This document shows positions 17,738-27,507 of a stretch of DNA of 64,000 nt, piece after piece. The position numbers were made by a program, and so were the translations under genes. Positions within the stretch are counted from its first letter, which is position 1. Every line of letters starts with the position of its first letter. The notes beneath the pieces are model-generated. The model was given only the letters and a program-made list of their open reading frames with translations. It was not told the DNA's origin and searched no databases. Source of the stretch: an uncultured Christensenellaceae bacterium (GTDB lineage: Bacteria; Bacillota; Clostridia; Christensenellales; SZUA-584); the NCBI GenBank assembly GCA_964586785.1, contig CAZPHS010000003.1:5062-69061 (forward strand). The letters run 5' to 3'.

Positions 17738-18505
17738 ATGAGAAAATTACTAGAAAAGACAGCGGACAGATTAATTGTTAAGGCATTTGAAACTCGCGAA
17801 GAGATGGGTCGTGAGGCGGCAGAAGACGCAGCGCAAAGAATCAATGCGATTATTGAGAAAAAGGGCTTTGTTAATGCTGTTTTTGCGGCTGCGCCATCGC
17901 AAAACGAGTTTCTTGCGTGTTTACTTGAGCAGGATATTGACTGGAGTAAGGTGCAGGCTTTTCATATGGATGAATATGTCGGACTGGACAAAGACGCGCC
18001 GCAGGGCTTCGGTAATTTTTTAAGAGACGCTATTTTCGGCAAAGTCCCGTTCGCGAAAGTTAACTACCTGAACGGACAGGCGGCAGATATCAGCCGGGAA
18101 TGTGAACGCTATTCGAAACTGCTTGAAGAGAATCCTGTGGACATCATATTTTTGGGTATAGGTGAAAACGGGCATCTCGCATTCAACGACCCGGCCGTTG
18201 CAGATTTTGATGACCGCCGTAAGGTTAAGGCGGTACAGCTGGATATCGTCTGCAGAAACCAGCAGGTGAACGACGGTTGTTTTGAAAAGCTGGAGGACGT
18301 GCCTAAATCGGCACTGACGCTGACGATGTCTATGATCATGAGCGTTCCAGAAGCGGTTGTCATCGTTCCCGGCGCTCAGAAAAAGTATGCGGTTAAAAGA
18401 ACAACCCACGGTGATATCACGACACAGTGCCCGGCAAGCATACTTAAGCAGCACCAAAGTGCGGTTTTATATCTTGATAAAGAAAGTGCGCAGGATTTGC
18501 TGTAA
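17738..18505 (+). CDS. glucosamine-6-phosphate deaminase / 6-phosphogluconolactonase family protein (NagB-like)
   Basis: AAAPSQNEF, FHMDEYVGL and GIGENGHLAFNDP motifs are characteristic of the NagB/SugarP-isomerase family. Confidence 0.8.
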   Translation: MRKLLEKTADRLIVKAFETREEMGREAAEDAAQRINAIIEKKGFVNAVFAAAPSQNEFLACLLEQDIDWSKVQAFHMDEYVGLDKDAPQGFGNFLRDAIFGKVPFAKVNYLNGQAADISRECERYSKLLEENPVDIIFLGIGENGHLAFNDPAVADFDDRRKVKAVQLDIVCRNQQVNDGCFEKLEDVPKSALTLTMSMIMSVPEAVVIVPGAQKKYAVKRTTHGDITTQCPASILKQHQSAVLYLDKESAQDLL

Positions 18506-18521
18506 AGAAGGGATAAAGAAC

Positions 18522-19268
18522 ATGTTGTCTTATGACATGACCATAGAAGATATTGAAAAACTCAATCCGGATACGGCAGTGCTTGCGTTTGCATCTATTG
18601 AGCAGCATGGCGCGCATTTGCCGGTGTCCACAGATTATATAACGACGGAAGCTTTTGCACGCGGTGTTGCCGAGCAGCTCGGGGCTTTTTTGATACCGAC
18701 TTTTCCGATAAGCAATTGCCGCGAGCACATGGGCAAAAAGGGAAGCGTCTGGATGAAGCCAGATACATTTTACAATATGGTGATCGATATCTGCCATTCG
18801 CTCAAGGAGCAGGGGTTTAAAAAGGCCGTCATCATTCGAGGGCACGGCGGCATATTTGTTTTGTCTCCGACGATACGAGAATTAAATGCTACGCTGAATT
18901 CTGATTTTATGGTGTGCTGTGTTGAGTATTATGATTATGTCGATGCATACAGAAAAGCAGGCATTATTGAAAGCGATGTATGCCTGCATGCGGACGAGCT
19001 GGAGACTTCTGTCGTTATGCATTTGCGCGGCGATCTGGTTAAAAATGATCAGATAAGCGACTTTGTTCCTGATGCACCAAGGACTTATTTAAACTATGGC
19101 AGCATTTTCTGCGCAAGTCCAAAAGGTGTCTGGGGCAGGCCTTCATATGCATCCGCAGAAAAGGGAGAAAAGGTGCTCAAAATGGGAATCGAGCTGATGG
19201 CCGCGGAGGCAAAACGAGCGTTTGATTACATGCAGAATAAAAACACAATCGGTTATAGTGATTTTTAA
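18522..19268 (+). CDS. creatininase-family (cyclic amide) amidohydrolase
   Basis: SIEQHGAHLPVSTDY signature, later RGHGG and HADELETS. I start at the ATG at 18522; the ORF-track start at 18357 overlaps the upstream gene. Confidence 0.8.
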   Translation: MLSYDMTIEDIEKLNPDTAVLAFASIEQHGAHLPVSTDYITTEAFARGVAEQLGAFLIPTFPISNCREHMGKKGSVWMKPDTFYNMVIDICHSLKEQGFKKAVIIRGHGGIFVLSPTIRELNATLNSDFMVCCVEYYDYVDAYRKAGIIESDVCLHADELETSVVMHLRGDLVKNDQISDFVPDAPRTYLNYGSIFCASPKGVWGRPSYASAEKGEKVLKMGIELMAAEAKRAFDYMQNKNTIGYSDF

Positions 19269-19289
19269 CATTAAAATTTTTTAAGAGAA

Positions 19290-19307
19290 AGTAACCAAAC
19301 GGTTACT
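19290..19307. promoter_or_regulatory. perfect inverted repeat, candidate TetR operator
   Basis: AGTAACC-AAAC-GGTTACT, located 16 nt upstream of the TetR-family start codon. Confidence 0.5.
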
Positions 19308-19322
19308 GAATCGGGGAAGGCT

Positions 19323-19967
19323 TTGAAGAGGGTTAAAGACAGCAGAAAATCAAAAGAAGATATATTGAATGCCGCAGAGATGCTGTTTAGCCAAAAAGGT
19401 TTATATGGTACGCGCGTTGATGACATCGCGGTGATGGCAAAAATCAATAAGCGCATGATCTATGAATATTTCGGTTCTAAAGTGGATTTGTATAAAGAGG
19501 TGCTGACAAAGGTATACAGCAAGATCGGCAACACAGGAAAGGCTGTAATCCGGCAGGACATGGTGTATACGCAGGCAGTAAAAAATGCAGCCGCATTTTA
19601 TTTTAACTACTTAAATGCGCACCCGACATATGTAAATCTTTTGCTGTGGGAGAATCTGAACCAAGGGGAATACATCTCTAAGGTTCAGATAAAAGAGCTC
19701 AATCAGCCGGTGCTTGAGGACCTGCAAAAGATTATAGAACGTGACCAGAAAAACGGTACCATCAGAAGCGATTTTGAGTCTAAATTTATTATCACGGCGC
19801 TGCTGACAAGCACGTTTGCGTATTTTTCAAACAGGTATACGCTCTCAAAGCTGCTGCAGTATGATTTTAAATCGATACAAAGCATACAGAAAAGGGCGGA
19901 AGACTTAGCCGAGATGATGATTGCATATATACAGAAAACTAAGGAGGAAGAAGATGAAAAAAATTAA
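19323..19967 (+). CDS. TetR/AcrR-family transcriptional regulator
   Basis: N-terminal HTH: KEDILNAAEMLFSQKGLYGTRVDDIAVMAKINKRMIYEYFGSK. Confidence 0.9.
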   Translation: MKRVKDSRKSKEDILNAAEMLFSQKGLYGTRVDDIAVMAKINKRMIYEYFGSKVDLYKEVLTKVYSKIGNTGKAVIRQDMVYTQAVKNAAAFYFNYLNAHPTYVNLLLWENLNQGEYISKVQIKELNQPVLEDLQKIIERDQKNGTIRSDFESKFIITALLTSTFAYFSNRYTLSKLLQYDFKSIQSIQKRAEDLAEMMIAYIQKTKEEEDEKN

Positions 19968-21024
19968 AGTGCTGCTCTTGGGTGCGGCATTCAGCGCGGA
20001 CCTGCATGTTGATGCATATGCCAGAATCAAAGACAAAGCGCAGATTGTCGCGATAGCCGATAAAGATGCAGCGCGTATTGAAGCGCTCGCAAAGCGTTAC
20101 GGTATTGAAGGATATCAGGCTTTTGACAGCTATGAAGAAGCAATAGAGAAGGTGGACTGCGATTTGGTCGATATTTGTCTTCCCAACTTTTTGCACCATG
20201 ACCCGGTGATCCGTGCGTTGAACAAAGGACGGGATATTATAAGCGAAAAACCGCTGGCGACTTCGGTAAAGCACGGTGAAGAAATGATCACTTTGGCCGA
20301 GCAAAAAGGCAGGCATATCTATTACGCGGAAGACTGGCTGTTTTCTCCGGCCATTTGCAAAGCACTGGATATGATCAAACAGGGGGGTATCGGAAAACCG
20401 GTGTTTATCCGCGCGCGCGAATGCCACTGCGGCTCGCACAGTCCTTTTGCTCAGAAATTAAAATACTGCGGCGGCGGCAGCATGATCCACTTAGGCATTC
20501 ATCCGATCGGACTTATGCTGGCGCTTAAGGATAACAATTGGACCGAGCTTAGCGCCATGACATCGGGCGGTATGGACGGCAATTTGATACATAAACAGAT
20601 GGAAGGCGAAGATTGGGCGGTGGTCACAATGAAATTCAGCGACGGTACAGCGGGGCTCTTAGAAGGCAATTATGTGACCACAGGCGGCATGGAAGACATC
20701 ATTGATATATACGGCACACAAGGGTGCCTGCATCTTGATCTGACATTTACCAGCGCCATAAAGTGCTACAGCATACCCGGCGTGGATTATACGGTGGAAA
20801 AGGCGGAGATTACGACAGGATGGTCGCGCCCCGCCGTCGATGAGAAATTCAACCTCGGATATGTCAAAGAAATCGAGTATTTTGTCGATTGCTGCAGAGA
20901 GGACAAAGAAGCAGGTGTTGGAATGCGCGGTATCGACGGGCTTGAGGCGTTGCGCGTTATCGACCTTATCTATAAGTCGGCCAAAGAAGGCAGAACGATG
21001 AAAAACGAAAGACTGAAGGTGTAG
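19954..21024 (+). CDS. Gfo/Idh/MocA-family NAD(P)-dependent oxidoreductase
   Basis: A TAAGGAGG RBS precedes the ATG at 19954. N-terminal Rossmann fold (KVLLLGAAFSA), an EKP motif (ISEKPLA) and a C-terminal alpha/beta domain. It overlaps the TetR gene end by 14 nt. Confidence 0.85.
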   Translation: MKKIKVLLLGAAFSADLHVDAYARIKDKAQIVAIADKDAARIEALAKRYGIEGYQAFDSYEEAIEKVDCDLVDICLPNFLHHDPVIRALNKGRDIISEKPLATSVKHGEEMITLAEQKGRHIYYAEDWLFSPAICKALDMIKQGGIGKPVFIRARECHCGSHSPFAQKLKYCGGGSMIHLGIHPIGLMLALKDNNWTELSAMTSGGMDGNLIHKQMEGEDWAVVTMKFSDGTAGLLEGNYVTTGGMEDIIDIYGTQGCLHLDLTFTSAIKCYSIPGVDYTVEKAEITTGWSRPAVDEKFNLGYVKEIEYFVDCCREDKEAGVGMRGIDGLEALRVIDLIYKSAKEGRTMKNERLKV

Positions 21025-21027
21025 CAG

Positions 21028-23661
21028 ATGCCGAAAGAAATCATTATACCGGTTGAAATAGGCGGTGTGACGTTCAAGAATCCGTTTTATGTTGCGTCGG
21101 GCCCGACGACAAAATCGGTCAAGCAGCTCAAAAGGATAGAAGAGACGGGCTGGGCGGCAGCCAGTATCAAGCTGACGATAGACCCGACGCCCTATGTGAA
21201 CAGAAAGCCGCGTTACGCCATTTTCAATGATAGAGATGCGCTTTGCTTTACAGCGGAAAAAAGGCTGGAGTTTGAGCAGGGACTGAAACTAATGGAGGAT
21301 GCCAAAAAGGAGCTGAGCGGACTGCTGCTTTTCGCCAATATCACATACGCCGGAGACAAAGGGTATCTTGGCTGGGTCAATATGGCCAAAAAGTTTGAAG
21401 AAGCAGGAGCTGATATCATCGAGCTGAATATGTGCTGCCCGAACATGTCTTATAATATGGAGCTGACATCAGGAAATGACAAGGCATGCAACGTTCAGAC
21501 AGGGGCCAGCCTCGGACAGCAGGGCGATGTGGTTTCTCAGATCGTACGGGAAATCAAAAAAGCTGTTAACATACCGTTATTCGTTAAATTGACGCCCGAA
21601 GGCGGACGCATCGCCAAAGTTGCACAGACGCTTTACGCGGCAGGTGCCGACGCTGTCGGCGGTACGGCAAACCGCCTGGGGATCCCGCCTATCGACCTTG
21701 AAAATCCTGAAAAGGCGGTTTACCACCTGCAGGAGGAAATCAGCATGTCGTGCCACTGCGGCGGCTGGCTTAAGCCGCTTGCGCAGAGGGATACCTATGA
21801 AATCAGAAAGGTCAACGGATCAAAGCCGCGCATTATGGCAGCTGGTGGCATCAGAAACCATAAAGACGCCATCGAAATGGTCATGTGCGGCGCCGACCTG
21901 CTTGGCGTGTGCGCAGAGACATTGATCAGCGGATTTGATATTGTGCGGCCAATGGTCAAAGGCCTTAAGCAATGGATGGACGCGCATCATTATAATTCTC
22001 TGCAGGAATTTAGAGATGCCATCGTTTCAAAGGTGAAAACAGCGCCTGAACTGACACTTTACGGTGGGTACGCAAAGATTAAAGACCCGCATTTGGCTGC
22101 GCCCTGCAAAGATGCATGTCCGCACCATGTACCCGCTCAGGCATATGTACGCAAGGTGGCAGAGAGAGACTTTAAGCGCGCGTATGAGCTGATCGCAAAC
22201 AAAGGTCCGCTGCAGCAGACATGCGGCTATGTGTGCAGTCACCCGTGTGAAGACGCGTGCACAAGAGGCGTAAACGGCAATCCGGTGCGCATACGCGATA
22301 TTAAACGTTTTGTATTCGACTATGCAAAGCAAAACGGATGGAAACAAAACAACGAAGCTCAGGAACCGAACGGACACCGCGTGGCTGTCGTCGGTTCAGG
22401 TCCGGCGGGCATATCCAATGCGTATTACCTTGCAAAAGCCGGTTATGACGTGACAGTTTTCGAACGCGAGCAAAAGACCGGAGGCATGCTGCGCTATGCG
22501 CTTCCCGGTTTCCGTATGGCAGACGGTTTGATTGATGACGAAATACAAAAGCTGCTTGATATGGGCGTAAAGATTGTAACGGGCAAGGCGCTTGGGCGCG
22601 ACTTCAGCATCGATTCGCTTAAAAATGATGATTTTGAAGCTGTGTTTTTGGGAATAGGCGCACAGCAGGGACGTGCGCTTGAGATTCCGGGTGAGCATAC
22701 AAAAGGCGTAATCAACGCGGTCGATTTTCTAAAGCGGGTCAGCCTTGGTGAAAAGCCAAACGTAGGCAATACCGTTGTGGTATTGGGAGGCGGATTCACG
22801 GCGGTGGATTCGGCACGGACAGCCAAGCGGCTCGGCGCACAAAACGTCTATATTGCTTACCGCCGTACAAAAGAGCAAATGCCCGCGACGGCGGAAGAAA
22901 TTGCCGAGGCCGAGGTCGAAGGTATCAGAATCATGTATCTTGTATCCCCTGTCGAAGTCGTAGAAAGCGGCGGCAGGCTTGGTCTTAAGATGAGCAATCA
23001 GGTGCTCGGAGGCCGGGATGATACCCAAAGGAGAAGGCCCGAGTCCGTTAACGGCGCACAGTTTACACTGCCGTGCGATACTGTGATTGTTGCAATCGGA
23101 CAGCAGGTTGAGCCTGTCGGAGGCATTGACTTAAAGAACGGTGCTATTAAGGCTGACGAAGAGTCGCTAAGGGTTCAGGAAGGCGTCTTTGCTGGTGGCG
23201 ATTCGGTCGAAGTCAAGACCATTATCGCGGCTGTTGCTGCAGGAAAAAAAGCAGCTGTTTCAATCGACAAGTTTATACGCGGCGAGCAGGCCATCCTTCA
23301 ATATGAACCGCAGGGCGGTGTTGTGGATAAAGAAGCTGTGCTTAAACGTACCGGCTATTTTAAGGACAACGAAAAGCTGTCGCTTGAGACTCAGGAGGGT
23401 CATGAAAGAGTTAAGAACTTCGAGCCATATACGCGTACGATGACCGAGCAAGAAGCGGTTTCGGAAGCATCAAGGTGCCTTGCATGCGGCTGCGGAGAAG
23501 GCTGCGAAATATGCAAGACCATCTGTTCCGAGTTCACAATACATGTTGAAGACTTCGATACGCTTGCCGTAGACAACAGTGACTGCGTTGCCTGCGGAAT
23601 GTGCTTCAACCGCTGCCCAAATCAAAATATAGAGATGGTCAATACCGGCGAACCGGTATAA
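21028..23661 (+). CDS. fusion of a PreA/dihydroorotate-dehydrogenase-like FMN barrel, a PreT/GltD-like Fe-S + FAD/NAD(P) module and a C-terminal 2x[4Fe-4S] ferredoxin domain
   Basis: Residues 1-340: FKNPFYVASGP, IELNMCCPNM, MAAGGI. Residues ~350-430: PCKDACPHH...CGYVCSHPCEDACTRG. Then VAVVGSGPAGISNAYYLAKAGYDVTVFE, GGMLRYALPGFRM and VVVLGGGFTAVD. C-terminus: CLACGCGEGCEICKTIC...CVACGMCFNRCP. Confidence 0.8.
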   Translation: MPKEIIIPVEIGGVTFKNPFYVASGPTTKSVKQLKRIEETGWAAASIKLTIDPTPYVNRKPRYAIFNDRDALCFTAEKRLEFEQGLKLMEDAKKELSGLLLFANITYAGDKGYLGWVNMAKKFEEAGADIIELNMCCPNMSYNMELTSGNDKACNVQTGASLGQQGDVVSQIVREIKKAVNIPLFVKLTPEGGRIAKVAQTLYAAGADAVGGTANRLGIPPIDLENPEKAVYHLQEEISMSCHCGGWLKPLAQRDTYEIRKVNGSKPRIMAAGGIRNHKDAIEMVMCGADLLGVCAETLISGFDIVRPMVKGLKQWMDAHHYNSLQEFRDAIVSKVKTAPELTLYGGYAKIKDPHLAAPCKDACPHHVPAQAYVRKVAERDFKRAYELIANKGPLQQTCGYVCSHPCEDACTRGVNGNPVRIRDIKRFVFDYAKQNGWKQNNEAQEPNGHRVAVVGSGPAGISNAYYLAKAGYDVTVFEREQKTGGMLRYALPGFRMADGLIDDEIQKLLDMGVKIVTGKALGRDFSIDSLKNDDFEAVFLGIGAQQGRALEIPGEHTKGVINAVDFLKRVSLGEKPNVGNTVVVLGGGFTAVDSARTAKRLGAQNVYIAYRRTKEQMPATAEEIAEAEVEGIRIMYLVSPVEVVESGGRLGLKMSNQVLGGRDDTQRRRPESVNGAQFTLPCDTVIVAIGQQVEPVGGIDLKNGAIKADEESLRVQEGVFAGGDSVEVKTIIAAVAAGKKAAVSIDKFIRGEQAILQYEPQGGVVDKEAVLKRTGYFKDNEKLSLETQEGHERVKNFEPYTRTMTEQEAVSEASRCLACGCGEGCEICKTICSEFTIHVEDFDTLAVDNSDCVACGMCFNRCPNQNIEMVNTGEPV

Positions 23662-23672
23662 AGGAGCAAAAG

Positions 23673-24728
23673 ATGAGTAAAACGATATTTCAGAAGGATC
23701 TTGAACAGTTCTGCATTGATGCGTTGAATAAAAGCGGTATGGAAAGCTTATACGCGGTAGTAACGGCAAAAGTGCTAGTCGAAACGGATGCATACGGCAC
23801 ACATTCACACGGCACAAAGAACTTAAGGCTTTATATTGAGAAATTCAAGGCAGGCGCGCTCGATCAGAAAGCGCGGCCCGAATTTATACTGCAGGGCGGT
23901 GCGTTTGCGGTGATGGATGCTAAGGATGCCATGGGCATGGTATCCTCGTATCTCGCTATGGAGAAAGCCGTTGAGCTTGCGCAAAAAAGCGGCATCGGTT
24001 TTGTCAGTGTAAAAAACAGCTGTCATTTCGGAGCCGCGGGTTACTACGCAAACATGGCGGCCCAAAAAGGGCTTATCGGCATTGCAATGAGCAACACCGA
24101 CCCGAACATGACGGTGCCGGGCGGAAAAAGCATGATCATAGGAAACAGCCCGATTGCGTATGCGGTTCCGGCCGGTAAGTATAAGAGTATGTTTTTGGAT
24201 ATCGCGATGAGCGCAACGGCTGCGCTGAAAATAAATCAGGCCAAGCTCGAAAAAAAAGCGATCCCAAATACGTGGCTGGTTGACGATAAGGGCATACCGA
24301 CGACCGATCCAAAGTATTACGGAAATGGCGGGGCGCTTCAGCCGATGGCGGCGCACAAGGGCTATGGGCTTTCTTTACTGGTTGACGTGCTCTCAGGGGT
24401 GCTTTCGGGCGGCGAGATAACCAGCGGCATCACAAGCTGGTGTTTTGATATGGCCGCAAAAAACAGAGTCAGCCATGCTTTTATTGCACTGGATATCAGA
24501 CAAATGCAGCCGGAAGATAAATTCATAGAAAGAATAGAGGGCTATATCGATTATTTGAAAAATGCGCCCAAAGCCAAAGGCAACGATACGATTTATTATC
24601 CGGGTGAAATTGAATGGCTTAAGAAACAAAAGGCCGATGAGCAGGGAATAGCTCTGCCTGATGATGTGGTTCAAAGCTTAGAGCAGCTTGCACAAAGCAC
24701 AGGCCTGAGTCTTGCTTGGGTCCAATGA
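23673..24728 (+). CDS. Ldh2-family (malate/L-lactate/ureidoglycolate/diketogulonate-type) dehydrogenase
   Basis: THSHGT and CHFGAAGYYA segments match Ldh_2 family patterns. An AAGGAG RBS precedes the ATG at 23673. Confidence 0.8.
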   Translation: MSKTIFQKDLEQFCIDALNKSGMESLYAVVTAKVLVETDAYGTHSHGTKNLRLYIEKFKAGALDQKARPEFILQGGAFAVMDAKDAMGMVSSYLAMEKAVELAQKSGIGFVSVKNSCHFGAAGYYANMAAQKGLIGIAMSNTDPNMTVPGGKSMIIGNSPIAYAVPAGKYKSMFLDIAMSATAALKINQAKLEKKAIPNTWLVDDKGIPTTDPKYYGNGGALQPMAAHKGYGLSLLVDVLSGVLSGGEITSGITSWCFDMAAKNRVSHAFIALDIRQMQPEDKFIERIEGYIDYLKNAPKAKGNDTIYYPGEIEWLKKQKADEQGIALPDDVVQSLEQLAQSTGLSLAWVQ

Positions 24729-24754
24729 GTTTAAACGGCTAAAAGGGTAACGGT

Positions 24755-25669
24755 ATGCCGGATTTCTCATCACTCATATTGATGCTGATGCTGATTTGCA
24801 CGGGGTTTGTTCTGAGCAGGGTCAAGCTTTTACGCCGGGAGCAAACCAGTGCGCTTCCGGGGCTGCTGCTCAATATGGCTTACCCCGCGTTGATCATAAA
24901 ATCGGTCACATCAGTCGATGTGGGCAGACTTGCAAAGGAGAGTCTGATCGTTGCGGGGGTCACCGCTGCGGTGACGCTGGCGCTGTTTGTTTTGGGTACT
25001 GTGCTGTTAAAGCGGTATAAAGACGCAAAGAGAAGGCCTTTGATACTCTTTTCTATGGCAGTCGGCAACATCGCGTATGTGGCTCTGCCTGTGGTGCGGA
25101 TGCTGTACGGAGATGTGGGCGTTTATTACACGATACTCCACAGCACCACGCAGGATGTGATGATATGGACGCTGTATTATGCCTATTTTGTAGGCGGCGG
25201 CACGCTCAAAGGGTTTAAGCCCAAAAAAATATTGAGCCCCGGATTTGCCGCAATCGTGCTGGGGGTGCTGCTCGCGGCATTTGGAATCAAACCGCTGGGC
25301 ACTGTGGCAATGTTTTTAGAAGCGCTTGCGGCGCTTACGGTGCCTCTGGCGCTGGTTTACATCGGTGCCGTTTTGGCATCGTACAAAAAAAGCAGTGACT
25401 GGATGCCCGATAGGGATACCTGTTTGATTTCTGTAATCAAGGTTCTTGTGCTGCCGGCCGCCGTTTATGGCATTATGTGGCTTGTGCCTGCCGATGCGGA
25501 ATTAAGACTGATGATGGCATTGTTTTTCGCGGCGCCGGTCACGGTGCTCAGCACCATTTGGGCAAAAGAGTATGGATTCGATTACCATTTCTCGGTTAAA
25601 GCGCTGATTTTCTCGACGCTGTTGTTTCTGCTGGCGGCCGGAGCCACCATAATATGGATGGACAGATAA
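24755..25669 (+). CDS. AEC (auxin efflux carrier) family transporter
   Basis: About 10 TM helices in a two-repeat organisation typical of the AEC/malonate-type permease family. Confidence 0.75.
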   Translation: MPDFSSLILMLMLICTGFVLSRVKLLRREQTSALPGLLLNMAYPALIIKSVTSVDVGRLAKESLIVAGVTAAVTLALFVLGTVLLKRYKDAKRRPLILFSMAVGNIAYVALPVVRMLYGDVGVYYTILHSTTQDVMIWTLYYAYFVGGGTLKGFKPKKILSPGFAAIVLGVLLAAFGIKPLGTVAMFLEALAALTVPLALVYIGAVLASYKKSSDWMPDRDTCLISVIKVLVLPAAVYGIMWLVPADAELRLMMALFFAAPVTVLSTIWAKEYGFDYHFSVKALIFSTLLFLLAAGATIIWMDR

Positions 25670-25696
25670 AAAATTTGAAACTGGAGGATTATAAAT

Positions 25697-26509
25697 ATGC
25701 AGATGCGTATCGACGGTAAAGTTGCCGTTGTAACCGGAGGGGCAGGCGTATTGTGTGCGCAAATGGCAGTAGGGCTCGCTGCAAGCGGTGCTAAGGTTGC
25801 CGTACTTGATATAAGCACCGATAAAGCGCAGGAAGTTGCGGACGGTATCGCAAACCTCGGCTATAAGGCCATTGCGATGGAATGCAATGTACTGAGCAAG
25901 GAAAGCGTGGAGAAGGCATGCAGTTTAGTTATCGGCAAGTTCGGTACGGTCGATATTTTGATAAACGGTGCCGGCGGAAATAAAGCCGACGCGACGACGG
26001 GCGCTAATATGAGCTTTTTCGATATGCCCAAAGAGGCCATAGAATGGGTGTTTGATTTGAATCTTATGGGCACAATACTGCCCACGCAGGTTTTCGGACG
26101 TGTGTTTGCACAAAAAAAAGGAGGCTGTGTCGTCAACGTTTCGTCTATGGCGGCCTTTACGCCTTTGACTAAAACGGTGGCTTACAGCGCAGCCAAAGCG
26201 GGCGTGACGAATTTTACGCGGTGGATGGCGACGCATTTTAATCAGGAGTATTCGCCGAATATTCGCGTTAATGCCATTGCGCCCGGGTTTTTGCTGACAC
26301 AGCAGAATGAATACCTGCTTGTCGATCAAAAAACAAAACAGCACACAGAAAGGGGCGCAAAGATTATCGCGGGCACGCCGATGGGGCGCTATGGCAAACC
26401 CGAAGAACTGGTGGGCGCCGTCGTTTTCCTGTGTTCTTCCGCCGCTTCTTTCATCAACGGTGCAGTCTTGCCGATTGACGGGGGATACGCCGCATATTCA
26501 GGCGTATAA
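25697..26509 (+). CDS. SDR oxidoreductase, UxuB/YjmF-like (short-chain D-mannonate/fructuronate-type)
   Basis: TGGAGVL, NGAGGNKADATT...FFDM insertion, YSAAKAG, PIDGGY. It sits directly upstream of eda and kdgK. Confidence 0.7.
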   Translation: MQMRIDGKVAVVTGGAGVLCAQMAVGLAASGAKVAVLDISTDKAQEVADGIANLGYKAIAMECNVLSKESVEKACSLVIGKFGTVDILINGAGGNKADATTGANMSFFDMPKEAIEWVFDLNLMGTILPTQVFGRVFAQKKGGCVVNVSSMAAFTPLTKTVAYSAAKAGVTNFTRWMATHFNQEYSPNIRVNAIAPGFLLTQQNEYLLVDQKTKQHTERGAKIIAGTPMGRYGKPEELVGAVVFLCSSAASFINGAVLPIDGGYAAYSGV

Positions 26510-26538
26510 CGATATAAACAATTTTAAGGAGTGCAGAA

Positions 26539-27498
26539 ATGGATAATGTATTGAAAAAAATCGGAGACATGGGTCTGGTACCGGTCGTCGTCATTGAAGA
26601 TGCCGACCTTGCGGTACCGGCGGCAAAGGCCTTGATTGACGGCGGGCTTGATGTGATGGAAATCACCATGCGCACCGAGCAAGGTATTGCCGCAATCGAG
26701 AAAGTCAAAAAAGCGTATCCGGATATGCTGGTAGGAGCCGGAACGGTACTGACGGTCGAAAAAGCCAAAGAAGCCGTCGGCGCCGGTGCAGAATTTATCG
26801 TCGCGCCAGGATTCAACCCAGATATGGTTCAGTGGTGCATGGATAAGAATATTGCGATAACACCGGGGTGTGTAACGCCCACCGAAATCGAGCAGGCGCT
26901 CAAAGCCGGCCTTAACACGCTTAAATTCTTTCCGGCCAATATCTACGGAGGCATAGACGGATGCAAAGCGCTGAACGGTCCGTACCGTATGGTCAAGTTT
27001 ATACCAACAGGCGGCGTCAGTCTCAGCAACCTGTCCGATTTCACCGACAAACCCTTCATACATGCCATCGGCGGGGGATGGCTGTGTAAAACAGCCGATA
27101 TCAAAGCGCAGAACTTTGAAGCCATTACCAAGGTGGTTAAAGAATCGATCAACGTGCTGCTCGGGTTTGAAATGGCGCACATCGGTATCAATGTCCAAAA
27201 CGCGGATGAGTCCTTGAAAACTGCCGGGAGGTTTGCAGACGGTTTCGGATTTTCGGTCAAACAAGGAAATTCCTCTAATTTTGTGGGCAGTGGCATTGAA
27301 GTGAATAAGGCGGCCGGGCTAGGTGCCAACGGGCACATTGCGATACGCACCAGCAGCATCGCGCGTGCGGTTTATTATCTTGGTAAGAGAGGTTATTGCG
27401 TCGACTGGAGCACCAGTAAAGGGCCGGAGCAAAGGCCGGTTGCTGTTTATCTGAAAGACGAAATCGGCGGCTTTGCAATACACCTTTTACAAAAATAG
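26539..27498 (+). CDS. eda: KDPG/KHG aldolase fused to a C-terminal VOC (glyoxalase-like) domain
   Basis: The first ~210 aa are Eda-like (VPVVVIEDA, EITMRT, GAGTVL, KFFPA, IPTGGV). A further ~105 aa (MAHIGINVQNADES...GHIAIRTSSIARAVYYL...FAIHLLQK) looks like a single VOC module. Confidence 0.8.
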   Translation: MDNVLKKIGDMGLVPVVVIEDADLAVPAAKALIDGGLDVMEITMRTEQGIAAIEKVKKAYPDMLVGAGTVLTVEKAKEAVGAGAEFIVAPGFNPDMVQWCMDKNIAITPGCVTPTEIEQALKAGLNTLKFFPANIYGGIDGCKALNGPYRMVKFIPTGGVSLSNLSDFTDKPFIHAIGGGWLCKTADIKAQNFEAITKVVKESINVLLGFEMAHIGINVQNADESLKTAGRFADGFGFSVKQGNSSNFVGSGIEVNKAAGLGANGHIAIRTSSIARAVYYLGKRGYCVDWSTSKGPEQRPVAVYLKDEIGGFAIHLLQK

Positions 27499-27507
27499 CG
27501 GAGGAAC

